From Haliotis rufescens (lineage: Eukaryota): a stretch of 64,000 nucleotides of DNA. The notes below the pieces were generated by a model. It worked only from the letters and a program-made list of their open reading frames with translations. It was not told the DNA's origin and did not search any database. Below are positions 50,901-62,789 of the stretch, in pieces. Each line of letters opens with the position of its first letter. Positions within the stretch are counted from its first letter, which is position 1. The position numbers were made by a program, and so were the translations under genes. Location of the stretch: the NCBI RefSeq assembly GCF_023055435.1, contig NW_025964112.1:20026001-20090000 (forward strand). The letters are read 5' to 3'.

Positions 50901-53900
50901 GGTTTTGATTGAGGCTCAAAGTGGTGGACCCATGTTTCGTCCATTGTAACAAATCGTTTGAGAAAGTTATCTGGATCACCCTCAAAAACCTTGAGGTTCT
51001 CCCTTGAGTGATTCTCTCTTTGACGTTTCTGATCAGCTGTCAACAGTTTGGGGACCCATCGAGCAGAAACCTTGTGCATTCCTAGAATATCTGTCAGAAT
51101 GAAATGCACTCGCTCCTGAGAGATGTCCACTAAGTTGGCTATCTGTCGCTGTGTCACTCGTCGGTCGTCCATGACTATGTCCAGGATTCGCTGTACCATT
51201 TCAGGTGTTGAAGACACAACAGGTGGACCAGGATGGGGTTCATCATCAGTGCTCGATCGCCCGTGTTTAAACTCTGCCACCCATCTTTTCACTGTTGCAT
51301 ATGACGGGGCATCTTCCCCAAGTGTGGATAACATATCCTCATATATGGCATTGGGTGTTAAGCCTTTCATGTAAAGGTATTTGATAACAGCTCGCTTTTC
51401 CTGTTTCTCCATTTTAAGTCATCTCATTGCAGTCAATAGCTTATACTGAACTAAATAATGTGTCCAATACAACAATCCTCCTGGGTATGTCAATGTACTT
51501 GATCAGTCTATCACCACCACAAAGGAATTCAGCCGTACCACACTCCTTCAGAGGTAGGCTCACAACTTAACAATCGCCCCTCGTATTTTCCGCTTCGAGC
51601 CCCACGGGCAAGAGTAAAGTGTTGACAAACCTGGAAATGTTAGCAGGACGATTCTAGGATTCGAACCCACGATCATGGGTTTCTAATTTACCTAAAGGAC
51701 GAAGCTATGCTCAGGGAATTACTGTGCATTAGACGACTGTCCGTCCGTGCCCAATAAACTGACAACATGTCAAAGCTAGTTAGATATTTAAGGTATCTAA
51801 CATCTATTTTATTATATAAAAGGCCTTATTTTTATGCCTGTAAATATATGGTGATAAACGTAATAATTACTAGGAAATGGGAAGATGGTCGGGGGATCGA
51901 GGAACGGACTTAATCTTTCCGACCGTCCGTCCGATTCTCAATGGGGACAAATGTTCTCAAAAACTATGCAAGTTAGAGAAATGGATTTTTACACACTGAT
52001 CTTACTGGTCATCATCTTAAACGAGTTAAAAAATTGGTGCCGTTAACTATTCCTTTACACAGTTCTAGCCCTTGCTCCCCGCTTTTCAACTCAGTGCCTA
52101 CTGCGTGATATTCAGATATGTTTTCTCAAAAACACCATAAGTTTCATGAATGAAAGTGTGTGTGCTTATCTTGTTAAAACTGAGTTCGAAAATTGGTGAC
52201 GTAAAATATATTTTTCCAGAGTTACATCGCTTGCTACTTGTTTTTATGTTTGTGCATACACAGGTAGGCCCTTGATCCATGTATTTTTCTATGTAGTGCA
52301 TAACGTGTGCCATCAGATTTTCTCATGACATAAGGCCACCCCAGTGCCTAGCTCTGGTTTATAGTTAACATTAACTTCCATGTTATTCACTACTATTCGA
52401 TTAAACAAAAATTCTAATGTGCCGCATGGCTAGGGATAGTGATAAGGCTGTTTTCTTGTTTAAGCAGGAATTCAACTTGGTGCTGCTAGTGTCTCCACGC
52501 TAATGATCCTTGGTTCACGGGTCCCATTCATTCAAGTCAAAACTGCTATGATCTTCATTGTATTAAACTATAACGCACTAGAGACCTTGTTTATAAAATA
52601 CTTAATATAACTTTGACACAGGAAGTCCAATTGGTAAATCTACAAAACACCGAGGGACCTCAACCTTGACCAAATTTAGGTGATGTTATATATGTAAAAT
52701 CTCTATTCAATGCTAACATTAACTTCCTGAATGTAACTAGAGGCAAGAATTTCGTAAATGACTGACTTTCAAGCAACCTTGGCATGTGACACAACCATAT
52801 GTATTGATTTAATTATTAGGTCTTCTTAAATGATTTGAACATACAGATGTTTGACGAATTATTCCAAAACATACAGATGTCCGAAGAATTATTCCAAAAC
52901 ATACGGATGTTTGACGAATTATTACAAAATATTTTGCCATATTTTATAGTTTGACCTTGACATTGGCCATATTTGGAGGTTACCCAAAACATGATGCGTT
53001 TGAGAGCCTGCCTTAGAGATAATGTATAGTGCGTTTTGTCAAATGATCAATACTCAAGTGATCTTGTACACAAGCATTTCTAACGCCTATCTCACACTGA
53101 GTGACCTTGACCTTCAATCGCATGCGAGAACAATAGTTGTTGCAAACTTAGGTGGGGGGACAAATATGAAGACATTGCCAATACTTTCTGAATGAAACCA
53201 TTTTCAAGCCATTTCAAAAGCCTTTAAAGCAACCCTAACATTTGACGCAGCCATGAGGTATTGTCCTAATCATAGGAAGACTGGATAACGCGTCGTTTTT
53301 TTAGAAATTAATCCGAAATTCGGGAAATTTTAATCATGTTTCATAATTCGACCTTTAGTAACCTTGGCCTAAATACGAAGTTCACACAGTTGATGCGAAT
53401 GAGACCCCACCCTAGAGATCATATTTACTTTTACTTAGGTTACATCAAGTTACATTCATAAACACCCAAGCTAGTCAATATTCGTGTACACACGTTTCTT
53501 AAGCCTATTTCACACGGAGTGACCTTGACCCTCAATGTTATTCCCTTATAGGGGGTATATCATGTATGACGTCTGACATTTGCCATGAGCACGTGGCTAA
53601 GAAAGCCAATGCAGTGGCAGGATACAAAACCAAGCAAACACATTAACCAGGCCCCATCCTAGAGGGGGCTGCCTAATAAGACCAAATAGCCAGCCAAATA
53701 ACAATACAAAATTTAATGTCGGGATGACAAAACTGTGGAACATTTCTCTTATACTGTAATGAGTACGCCTGGAATACATGAAGGAAGCAATAATATAATT
53801 TATGACAATTATCAAATTCATGGCCTATTTTCCATTCATCCAAAGAACATGGCTGTTGTGCGGAAGGACTACACATTCGCCAATTGGACTAATGCGGCAA

Positions 53901-54432
53901 TGCAATATGGCAGAGCTGCTGACTGCTATACCACTCACGCGAACGGTCTTGCTAGGTGTGGAACTAAAGGAAGATTTACAGTTGACTTGAGGGGAACTGG
54001 ATTGGCTGTCGTGCCAGAGGTAAGCATGTGATATTATGTAAATAAAAGCGACCAAACCCTTTCCATATTCATATTAAATCCCTGCTACAAGCAGAGTCGA
54101 TTTACGACATCGACTATATCATGAGCATGTGTTTATGAATCACTTTCAAATAGTGATGATACCTGGGGTTCGTGAAAAAAATTGCATCATTTTGTCTCTG
54201 ACGCGTCAAATGTGGAAATGTCCTCCACATGTCTATCATAAAACGTTTTAAAAGCTTTATACAGGCCTTGAATGTTGTAACGTTGATCAAAAAGATTCTG
54301 ACCAAGAATGGTACGGCGCTCGTTGAGAGGTAGAATTGGTAGAAAGAGCATGCTCGATTGTACCTCAAATGTTGTGAAATGTGGACACCAAAGGCTGGAG
54401 CTGCAGGAATGTTTAAAGGGAAAGTGCTTGTA

Positions 54433-54463
<31 letters not shown>

Positions 54464-56828
54464 TTGTACTAGTCCGGACTAATGCCGAGTTCATAGTGCT
54501 AGCCCACAGACATAACATGCCGCAGGTTAACTGAACCGACCAGGCCTTGTTTTAGCCCCATAGTGCCGACCGCTAGGCAGGTAAGCACCATCGTTTAACG
54601 TCTTTGGTATGATGCTGTCGGGGTTCGAACCCACGACTTCCGCTCTCCGGGCAGACGCTGTATCCACTAGACCACGGAGGCGGTCCATTGACCTGATGTT
54701 TCTGAGCGTCCGAGGTATCACCGATACCCGCTGCAGAATTGTTACAAGAACTGTATGTTTCACCAGATGGTCGCAAGTATTGAGTCCTATCATCATGCAG
54801 TGAGGCAGAGGAAGCACCAGAAAGGGTAGTCAAGTAACTTTAAAACAGTGCCAAAATACACACACTACTTCGGTTAAGTATTATAATATGAGTATGTCTG
54901 GAATTTGAGAAAATATGATTTATTTAGTATTTTAATTGGGTGAATGTGTGTGTTCGTATGTTCGTGTATTCTTGGAAATGTGTCTCGGCTGCTACTACAG
55001 AAGGGGTCTCCCACATATAGCCAACCTTAACATCTCCACTGATTTTTATATGCAAGTTAATATGAATGGTTGTGATTTCAAAACAACCAAAATATGCATA
55101 TCACATTTCGGAACAGCCATGTTTGAATAAAACGTTTTTAACAACGAAACACTATAATCAAATAAAGCCAACTCCATTTGCAATTTCAATGGGTCGTTTA
55201 CGATTTTGTGTCGGTATATTTCAAAATTAGTAGGAATAGGTTGTCTTAAAGTTCTGATAATAAATCAACCATATCAGAGACTTGTGTTATGACTGAGAGT
55301 ACTCAATACATCTCTTCGTTATCTGTATTGATGTATTTAGAAGAGAAAAAACCGTTTAATAAGTCTTTAAAAGCATCCCAAGTTCGTTTGTTTTACAAAC
55401 GTTGATCACTGCCGTTAAAGACAAATTTGTTTGAAGATAATCGGCACATAGATAAAAACATGTTCAAAGAAGTGAAGGAACATATATCAAGTACGATAGT
55501 TAGGGACCGACCTTTTGTGGTTATCAAACAAAATCATTATGCTTCAGGCTTTTCAGACAAAAATAAACTGCCTGCGACAAAAAATGCAAATTACTTTGTT
55601 TGAATTCTTTGTATCTCATGGCATTCTCATCAAATTTTAATAGTGCTGATCTTGACCATTGTAGTACATTCTAAACATTCAGTACACTGCTAAGAACACA
55701 TAAACCCCACATGGCACACCTACCTTTCTTTACTAATACTCTGTAGAACGCTGCAAAACACACGTATATCCATGCAGCTTTAACAATGTGGCAACGAATC
55801 AACAAACATCTATGGGGATCTTCTTCCGTATAAACTCTACACAATAGCAGGATTATAGAGGTCGGCGTCGTGGGAATGAACCTATATATGTGTAGAGGCT
55901 GATGAAGTCATCGAGTTGTTGTTTTAACCCTTGTGTTTGTATCACATTCAACGAATGCTCCCATCCAAGGTTCATGCTTGAAGTCATAACATAGCATAAT
56001 CAGCACACATGAACCAACCTTGTTTGTCACCTCAGTGGATCAGCTTATTTATAAATATTAGTTAAACATATTCTGGATATTTGGCTAAGCTTACAACTTG
56101 TTTATCTCAAAGGGTGATGTAACAAGGATGAAAATCCATGGGTGCCACATAGCATTGAGGTGAATGGAAAATATCCGAACGTATTCAAGTAAAGTATCGA
56201 TTATACATATTCAGGTATATATAGGATATTATCACTAAATGCATAATAATACTCATACCATATGGTGGTAAAGATACTGGATTTATCTATTAAAGGGGGA
56301 TACAGGTTAGGGCCTTTTAGTTATTCATGTAGGATTCATCCATACCCCAGATTCACTTTGTGGGGCGGTCGTTAAAGCGTTGGCTCGTCACGCCGAAGAC
56401 CCGGGTTCGAATCCCGACATGGGTACAATGTGTGAAGCCCATTTCTGGTGTCCCCCGCCGTGATATTGCTGGAATATTGCTAAAAGCGGCGTAAAACCAA
56501 ACTCACTCACTCACTCACCAGATTCACTTTGTCTTCCAAGACTGTTGGCAAATTGTGATGTAGTCATCGTTATGAGCGAATGATTTAGTTCGGTTAGTCA
56601 GCTGAACCACGTGACACACGACATCTGCTTGCTGCTTCCTTTTTTCAGCAAACTTGGAGGAAATACGGTTATAAGTCTATAATCCAGTCCATTACTCGCA
56701 ACCAAGAAGGAACCGTCATCGAGTTGAAATGTGGCGGGTACTGTGGACATTGTGATCCAGCAGGGCCTCTGACGTTGCAAGTAAATTCAGCTGAGAGTGA
56801 GTGTTCTTCGCAACTGATAATAAATTGA
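41603..56828 (+). CDS. Secreted PAN/Apple + GON-domain protein (5 exons, 345 aa)
   Basis: Exons 41603-41929, 45441-45531, 49887-50152, 53846-54019 and 56649-56828 join in frame (phases 0,1,0,0; 1038 nt including TGA). Hydrophobic N-terminus, PAN cysteine pattern and full GON motif set. Confidence 0.85.
42010..44285. repeat. Compound intronic satellite: 54-bp core with variable GAATGTTGTR decamers and a 144-bp higher-order repeat
   Basis: gatacaggctgcagagatattggtgtaatgttgtagagtgttgcggacaaccgc; gcgtacagagatattgg recurs at 43524, 43668 and 43812. Confidence 0.95.
44613..44926 (-). mobile_element. tRNA-derived SINE (family C, MetaSINE-like), (CTCAC)n tail
   Basis: Homologous to 54425-54686; (GTGAG)n at 44613-44674. 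Confidence 0.7.
45441..45531 (+). CDS. PAN-GON exon 2: 4-Cys EGF-like linker (RLAGVCMNHTCLESQYCQPKNDTDYSCKPW)
   Basis: ctgccag|...TGGG|gtgagt, phase 0-1, which bridges exons 1 and 3. Confidence 0.8.
45820..47155 (+). mobile_element. Tc1-like (DD34E) transposon with defective transposase
   Basis: 25-bp TIRs ctcaacaacaaaagttcctgtgaca / tgtcacaggaacttttgttgttctg, TA flanks. Confidence 0.92.
46116..46956 (+). pseudogene. Tc1 transposase pseudogene
   Basis: MPRLSENERLRAIGMLEAG...VLFTDESRF...FQHDNARP...SPYLSPIEHMW; internal deletion and frameshifts. Confidence 0.9.
47561..48304. mobile_element. Non-autonomous PIF/Harbinger-like element
   Basis: TAA on both sides; imperfect TIRs GGCCAGGTTCACACA / TGTGTGACTGAGACC (10/15 match); CpG-rich body. 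Confidence 0.55.
48684..48920 (+). mobile_element. SINE family B, 5'-truncated
   Basis: B-box GGTTCGAATCCC, (CACT)n tail, 12-bp TSD tattcctggaga. Confidence 0.88.
49887..50152 (+). CDS. PAN-GON exon 3: GON N-part
   Basis: SCSDV...NGEYWL...IYCHDMSTENPQEYVTL...FQKIRLD; phase 1-0. Confidence 0.9.
50297..51583 (-). mobile_element. Full-length mariner (DD34D) transposon, 1287 bp
   Basis: 29-bp TIRs CGAGGGGCGATTGATAAGTTCTAAGCCTA (3 mismatches), TA duplication at 50295-50296 / 51584-51585. Confidence 0.95.
50362..51412 (-). pseudogene. Mariner transposase with a single +1 frameshift (~50901)
   Basis: WVPKLL, VTMDETW, SAGKVMASLFWD, HHDNAPAH, YSPVLAPSD; motifs resemble Himar1/irritans-type transposases. 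Confidence 0.92.
51828..52360 (+). mobile_element. Probable second HINE-like element
   Basis: T-run start, (CGTC) microsatellite, 3' hairpin ccagtgcctagctctgg followed by TTT. Confidence 0.4.
52838..52929. repeat. 3 x ~30-bp tandem repeat
   Basis: aacatacagatgtttgacgaattattccaa. Confidence 0.8.
53846..54019 (+). CDS. PAN-GON exon 4: GON middle
   Basis: DYTFA...YGRAADCY...GRFTVDLRGTG; GAG|gtaagc; phase 0-0 (AAG acceptor). Confidence 0.88.
54150..54424 (-). mobile_element. Penelope-like retroelement fragment
   Basis: NIPAAPAFGVHISQHLRYNRACS resembles the PLE post-RT motif (PAYGVYISQLIRY.RACS). Confidence 0.6.
54425..54686 (-). mobile_element. tRNA-derived SINE (family C, MetaSINE-like), (GCAC)n tail
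   Basis: A-box TGGTCTAGTGG, B-box GGTTCGAACCC, followed by accaaagac...ggcact...aggcctggtcgg core. Confidence 0.8.
56362..56517 (+). mobile_element. tRNA-derived SINE (family A)
   Basis: B-box GGTTCGAATCCC, (CACT)n tail, 15-bp TSD ccagattcactttgt. Confidence 0.92.
56649..56828 (+). CDS. PAN-GON exon 5: GON C-part and stop
   Basis: ttttcag|QTWRKYG...TRNQEGTVIELKCGGYCGHCDP...TGA; not in the ORF track. Confidence 0.88.
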   Translation, partial: QTWRKYGYKSIIQSITRNQEGTVIELKCGGYCGHCDPAGPLTLQVNSAESECSSQLIIN

Positions 56829-56831
56829 TAT

Positions 56832-58229
56832 TGTTACGTGTCGATGCACAAATTGAAACTATATGTTAACCCAAGAATCTGTACGTAAAAGAATTTGGTA
56901 TGAAACTCTCTCTTCTTTTTATTTCTCTTTTTCTGCTTCCATTCCTCTAAGCCGAATTTCTTTTTCCATAGCCACTTTTTCTCTTCCAAATTCTAACCTC
57001 TTAAATAACATCAGTTTTTTTCAATCAAGGCCAGAACATCATCATAAAAAAATCATTCCAAACAGGTGTGTTATAACATTTTCCTTGACATTAGCCTTAA
57101 GCATACCCGATTTGATATCAAGTTTGTAATGTTTGGCCAATTCGACCAGTTCTGACTTTTTGAGTGCAGATAATTGTTCCGTAGAAGTTTGGCTAACAAA
57201 CTCATCTACACTAAACACCATAGGGATTGTTGGCTTCACACAATTTTAGACAATGAAATGTTTATATAATAATTTGACAAATAATTTGTGATATATATTC
57301 AATTCGATCCCGGACGAGCCCCCAATTTCTGTTATGTGTCGATTCTCAAATTGAAACAATATATTACCCAATAAATCTGTATGTTAAAGAATTTAGTGTG
57401 AAATCAACAAATGGCATCAACAATTGTATTACACAAAAATCTAGGTTTACAAATAATCAACACAAATTACTACACAGCAATTGAATTGGCAGTACACATT
57501 AGAGTGGTCGTACAATATTCAATGGCAGTATAAAATGTGAAAGCTGTGGAAATAACACCGACAAGAATAATAATCACCTCGCCGCAACAGTGGTTAAGCT
57601 TCCGAGATAGGTCTAGGCTAGGAATCCAGGGTGAAAGCTGGTCTTGATGTAATGTCAGACGAAATGTGAGATGACAGACGTAATAAGTGGAGCGGACGCG
57701 TGCCTAAATATCTTCCAGACATTTCACACAAGGCTTGGCCAATCCAACACAGAGTATTCCACGTTTCTATAACACATGACATCCATCCATGCTATTCCGG
57801 AAGTTTACAGATTTTTCGAGCATCTAAATAGTATAACTTCCTCACCACTGCTTACATGAAATATTACTACATTCCTGACAACTAATCATTGTCCAAATAC
57901 AATGTAATGAACTGCTACTGAATCTCAACAAAAACAATGCAATACAGTTACAATCATTGTTTAACAATACATTACACTGCCATATATAATACTAAGTTAT
58001 TTAGGAGATAAACATACTGTTTTCAATGAAGAGCTAGATTATCAATCGGTTTAACCTCGCTGAAGAGAATTTGGAACCGAAAGCTCATTGTGAGTTTCAA
58101 AAGTAATATTAAGCGGATTAGAAACTTGATCGACCAAGAGGAAAAGAGAATTTTCGAACTACTTGAAAGTTCGCTTTTAACTATTCTTTGAAAAGTATAT
58201 TAGTTTAATTATCTCAGCTCGTCATAACA
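56832..58229 (-). mobile_element. Internally deleted Gypsy LTR retrotransposon (5' LTR 57330-58229, tRNA-Pro PBS, gag start, stub of second LTR)
   Basis: LTR ends TGTTATG...CATAACA. PBS TGGGGGCTCGTCCGGGAT at 57307-57324 is complementary to the tRNA-Pro 3' end. Gag-like FSVDEFV...LKKSELVELAKHY. 56832-56875 repeats the LTR end. Confidence 0.8.
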
Positions 58230-61200
58230 CAATCTCTACCCGGACTAGTTATAAGCAAAATCAGTAAGTATTCGAATAAATTTATTTGGACCGCCGAGTT
58301 CTCGACCAACATGCTTCAAGCAATGGTAGGGCTACGACAATCGTACGACCAAGATGTTTCTAGCAAAAGAGCTTCTGTCAATACAAAGTGTTATGCATTT
58401 GATTACATAGTAAAATTCAACTTGTGTGGCGTAATAACGAAACATTTTTGTTTTCAATGACGATCCCCGTAATAAAGGTTGGAGGGATCCTGAGCACGGG
58501 ACAGCAAACTTTAGATAAGACGGTTATGGTTATAATTTCCTTGCTTGATGTCACCTAAGACATTTAGCTTTCTTTGTAAAGCCGGCACAAATCAACTCTA
58601 AGTTCGCAAGGTTATCGGGGACAGCTTACCGATAATCTACAAATGGAAAAAAAATAAACAACTTAGTTTCTGCCATGTAAAAGCATACATCAGTATTTGT
58701 AAAATATAAAATAAAATACAGAATCTAAACACGAGGGCGAGAGTCTACTTGTCATGGACAATCATGGTTCCAACTTTTTCAGTCTGTAAACATTAATAAC
58801 CAGTGTCTTGAGTGTGAAACGTACAGCTAACCAGCCAAAGTGGCTTATAGATTAGTCATGACATTGTCTCCTGGGAGATATCGCTTGATCTATCCCAACC
58901 GATATCATCTGTGGATAATAAATATGTGTTCGTAATACTGAACAGAAAAGGTTAGGGATGTGGAATATTTTTACGAAATTGATTGGTTGGTTTCCATTAC
59001 ACAAAATAGCCCCCGAAATAGTCATGACACCCAACTCTTTTTGTTCAGAATAGAAAACCGTATGTGGTACACGTATGCCGTATGTTGTCATTCCAAGTTA
59101 GTTCACGATTCCACGTCTCCGAGACTGGCAATTTACCGCTTTGTGTTTGTATTGTAGGCCAGTTTGCGGTTGTTTGGTCTTGTCATTTGATACTTTTGCA
59201 TGCTTATATCGGCGAATATGTTAACAAGTTTACCACTTTCTTTCAGACATACCGTCGACTTCTACCACAGAGGTAACGTGTGGTTAGAACTCCCTACCCA
59301 TGTTGTATGCCTGTAGAGAGAGAGAGCGCCTACACGGCAGTCAAATGTCTGTCCAACTACACCCTGAGCCCCCGAGTCACTGAATTTTGTTTCAAAGCCG
59401 CCTTGGGCAGTACTTCATTTAAATTGCGGTCTGTGGGCTAAATGTAAGACGGAAGTCCAATTTTATGCAAATCTTAGCCGCTTACAACTTTGATGAGACC
59501 ATGAGCACGGGTATTGTGCTCGCAAACTATACATCATAAACAGGGCAACTCTGGGATCCGAAACCACAATAACCGGTTTCTTGCACACCAAAAGGATACA
59601 ACGTCATGACACTACCGTTATTCGACCAACGCTCATCCTCGATTATCCAGTCTTTGATATAACCATTCCATTATGATTAAAACCCTTGGCACATTCATTT
59701 ATATAACTACATGACGTCACCACCTCCACTGCCCCTATATCATCTTATAATTGATATTGTATAGCTCGTTAATTTAATTTGACTGGACGGTTATTTTTAG
59801 CACTGTGCTGTTCGAATGGGTCCAGGGTTTTTTTTGCAACTGAGATATAATACACAGGTTATCGAGGATGACTAACGCTCAGCGTTGTAGGAAACAACAT
59901 GGAAACCTTAAATATTTTGTCGATTTCGCTCACAAATAAAAATACTTCGTGCGAGTCGCGAATGAAATATTGATGACGTCTACTTCAGTAGAGGTACGAT
60001 AGATTTAAAAAAAGATAGGGTAAAAAGGATTTGGCTGACTCACTGTCAACCATATGCTCCTTGCTTAAAGGTTATACCCCACAGTTAAAAATAATACCTT
60101 TTTAATAATGCGCATTATGCATATATACTTTTCTCCCGGAAATAAAATATCCGGTTAATGCTTGTATTTAGGACTCCAAAACTGACAATTAAGTACTTGT
60201 TGGTTACACTTTGTGACCTGGATGCACTGGATCGTTCCTCATATCAAACACTGGATTGTCTGGTCCAGACTCGGATATTACTCACCGCCGCCATACAACT
60301 AGAATATTTCAGAGTGCGGCTTTAAAAAACAAATACAACTGAACAATGAATGCATGATTTGAAGAGTAGTTTGCTGGAGGTGACTTCTGTCACCGGGTGA
60401 TAGGGAGGTCAGACTCGCTGACTTGGTTGATGCATGTCATCGTATCCCAATTGCGTGGATCGATGCTCAGGATGTCAATCACTGGATTGTCTGGTTATTA
60501 ATTTTATTTCACCATTATTGTCAATTACCGCTTTTCCTGGTGCCGTATTATACTTTGAAATAAATGCTTGAATCCTGTGATAAGGGTGTTCAACACGAAC
60601 CCCCGATCACTACATCATTTGGTCTCTTGTATATCCTGAAACTTGCTCATCTTCAACTTGTCGACACTTCTCTGGATTCTCAATATATGTTGAACTCTGA
60701 AAGCTGAAAGATAAATAGTTACTTCCTTTCATGCAATGTGTAATAATTGTCACCATAAATATTGTTCCTAAAAAAAAATGTGCAGTGAAGGTATCCTTGC
60801 AGAGATATATTCAAGTAAAGTCTTTGGTACATGGGTGTTCTATTTAACCGCAAGAGTGTTTACATAATAACAACATTAATACAACGACGTTTGGAATAGT
60901 GTAGTATACAAATGTTTTCAAAATAAAATGTGTTAATAATGAATATTTGAGAAGAAAGGAATATGTATTTAACATTGTATTAACAATGTGACTTATGACA
61001 TAAAGAACCAAAAAAGATGTGTAAGTGGTACTTGTTCTATTTGTAGGAACTATGTGTTCACAGCATACAGTTAACTAGTCTGTTAATCCACGCCTGGACA
61101 TTTAGAGGGACTAGTTGTTTCCTCCACAATTGCAGTATGTTACACAACCTACTAGTCTGAAAATACCTACGGACTAGTTCCATATCACAAATAGTGTCTA

Positions 61201-62789
61201 CCCCTGCACGGCATGTTTTGATTACAATATAGTGTATCTGTGCATTTAAGATGAACGTGTACATATTGTATACTCTGCAAAAAAGGAAACGCATAATAAG
61301 GAACGAATAAATGTTTTTTTATTGTCGTGGTGTATAACCATATTGTATGTCGTCACCTCGTGCTTTCCTCACATACCAAACTCACATGGAACTGAAATAC
61401 TGTTCAAAGCGGCGACGACCGGGAATCCACACAGTTTTGTAAAACGAAGAACTCGACTTCTGTGCGCTCTTGTTTTGATAAAACCCTTCCAGGACTGGAT
61501 TGTAAACAACATGGTCAGCAGTGTATTATCACATTCTGTATCTAAATCATCATTTATTCTTGTGATAGTGCACTAGAAAAGTGTCTCCTATACCATCTGT
61601 ATTAGCATTGTAATTGATGGAATAAAAAAATGATGGAGAAGTTATCGATAATTATTAATATAGACGGATCTCCACTGGAACGACACTAAAGAGAACAGAA
61701 CCAATCCATGCTGCATTATACATGCAATTGTTAGCAGTCTATAATATACACTCACTGGGGACGCAAAGTTACTGTAGATAGAAAATGAGATCTAGACCTC
61801 ACGTTTTCTGCGTAGCAGAATATCTACCCAACAATAACGGCCAAACCCACACACCACTACTTCCATATGTTCTCTAGGGAGTGCTACACTCAGCTTAAGA
61901 CTATGACTCTCAGGACATAACTGCTTTCATGGCATGCATAGAATAATAGGGGCAATAAATGCTATTCCGGAATACCGATAATTACCAACCCCACACGCAT
62001 CAGAAATGTCTATGTGTGCTCTATGGAGTGTCACATTGACAGCCCTCATGTTTATTGCTTGAGACTCTATGGCCTTTCCTAGTGATTGTCACTCTCCCAC
62101 GACCTGTGGGGATAACGATCCCCGGTGACCTATACAATATACATATATGGGTTGTAAGTGTGTAATTAAAACAAAGGACGAATCTAGGTACAGTTACAGT
62201 GGATGATTGCGTTCGCTGGTGCGCCTATTGATTACTACATATCTACCGCCGTGAGGTTGTCTGAATCTCTAACCTGCGCCTGCTTCAAGCTATCATGGTT
62301 TTTTTTCAGAAATATCCCGTTGAACTTATTTCAAGGATCGATGCAAATAAGTAGTTTGTTGGATACAGCCGGGATAAAATATATTAATCTGACCTCCCGC
62401 CCCCGCCCTTAACAATTACATTTGGATGACTAGACGATGATATTTGAAACCCCCAACCGACACCCCCCCCCCCCCCCCCCTCCCCACCCCACCCACACAC
62501 ACACACCACGACCACCGCTCCCCACACGAACAAATCAATACTTATAATGAAACATTTGAGCTATGATACCTTCTTTTATAGTATTTCCAGTTATACATCG
62601 ATGCATACCTTGTACGAAATGCCTCCGTATCTGTAACAATGTGTTAATTGTGTGTCATAATCTAGAACGCAAAAGTATAAGATGAGATCCGACAAATATG
62701 TTACAACAACAACAACAACAATGATAATAATAATAGGTTGAAGAGGGAAGAGTCAGTTTACTAGAAGAGGGGGGATCAGTCAGTTTACT

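Larger units (their letters stand above)
50211..51752 (-). mobile_element. SINE family B copy split by the mariner insertion (50211-50294 + 51586-51752)
   Basis: Tail half lies left of the mariner and head half (ggattcgaaccc...ttagacgactg) lies right of it. Confidence 0.75.

Noticed and set aside
56362-56420. tRNA gene-like A/B boxes (also ~17000-17074, ~48730-48750, ~54615-54686)
   Set aside because: These are SINE heads with bodies, simple-repeat tails and TSDs, not complete cloverleafs
61269-61823. Possible Tc1-type MITE (tactctgc...gcagaata)
   Set aside because: Terminal match too degenerate to support by eye
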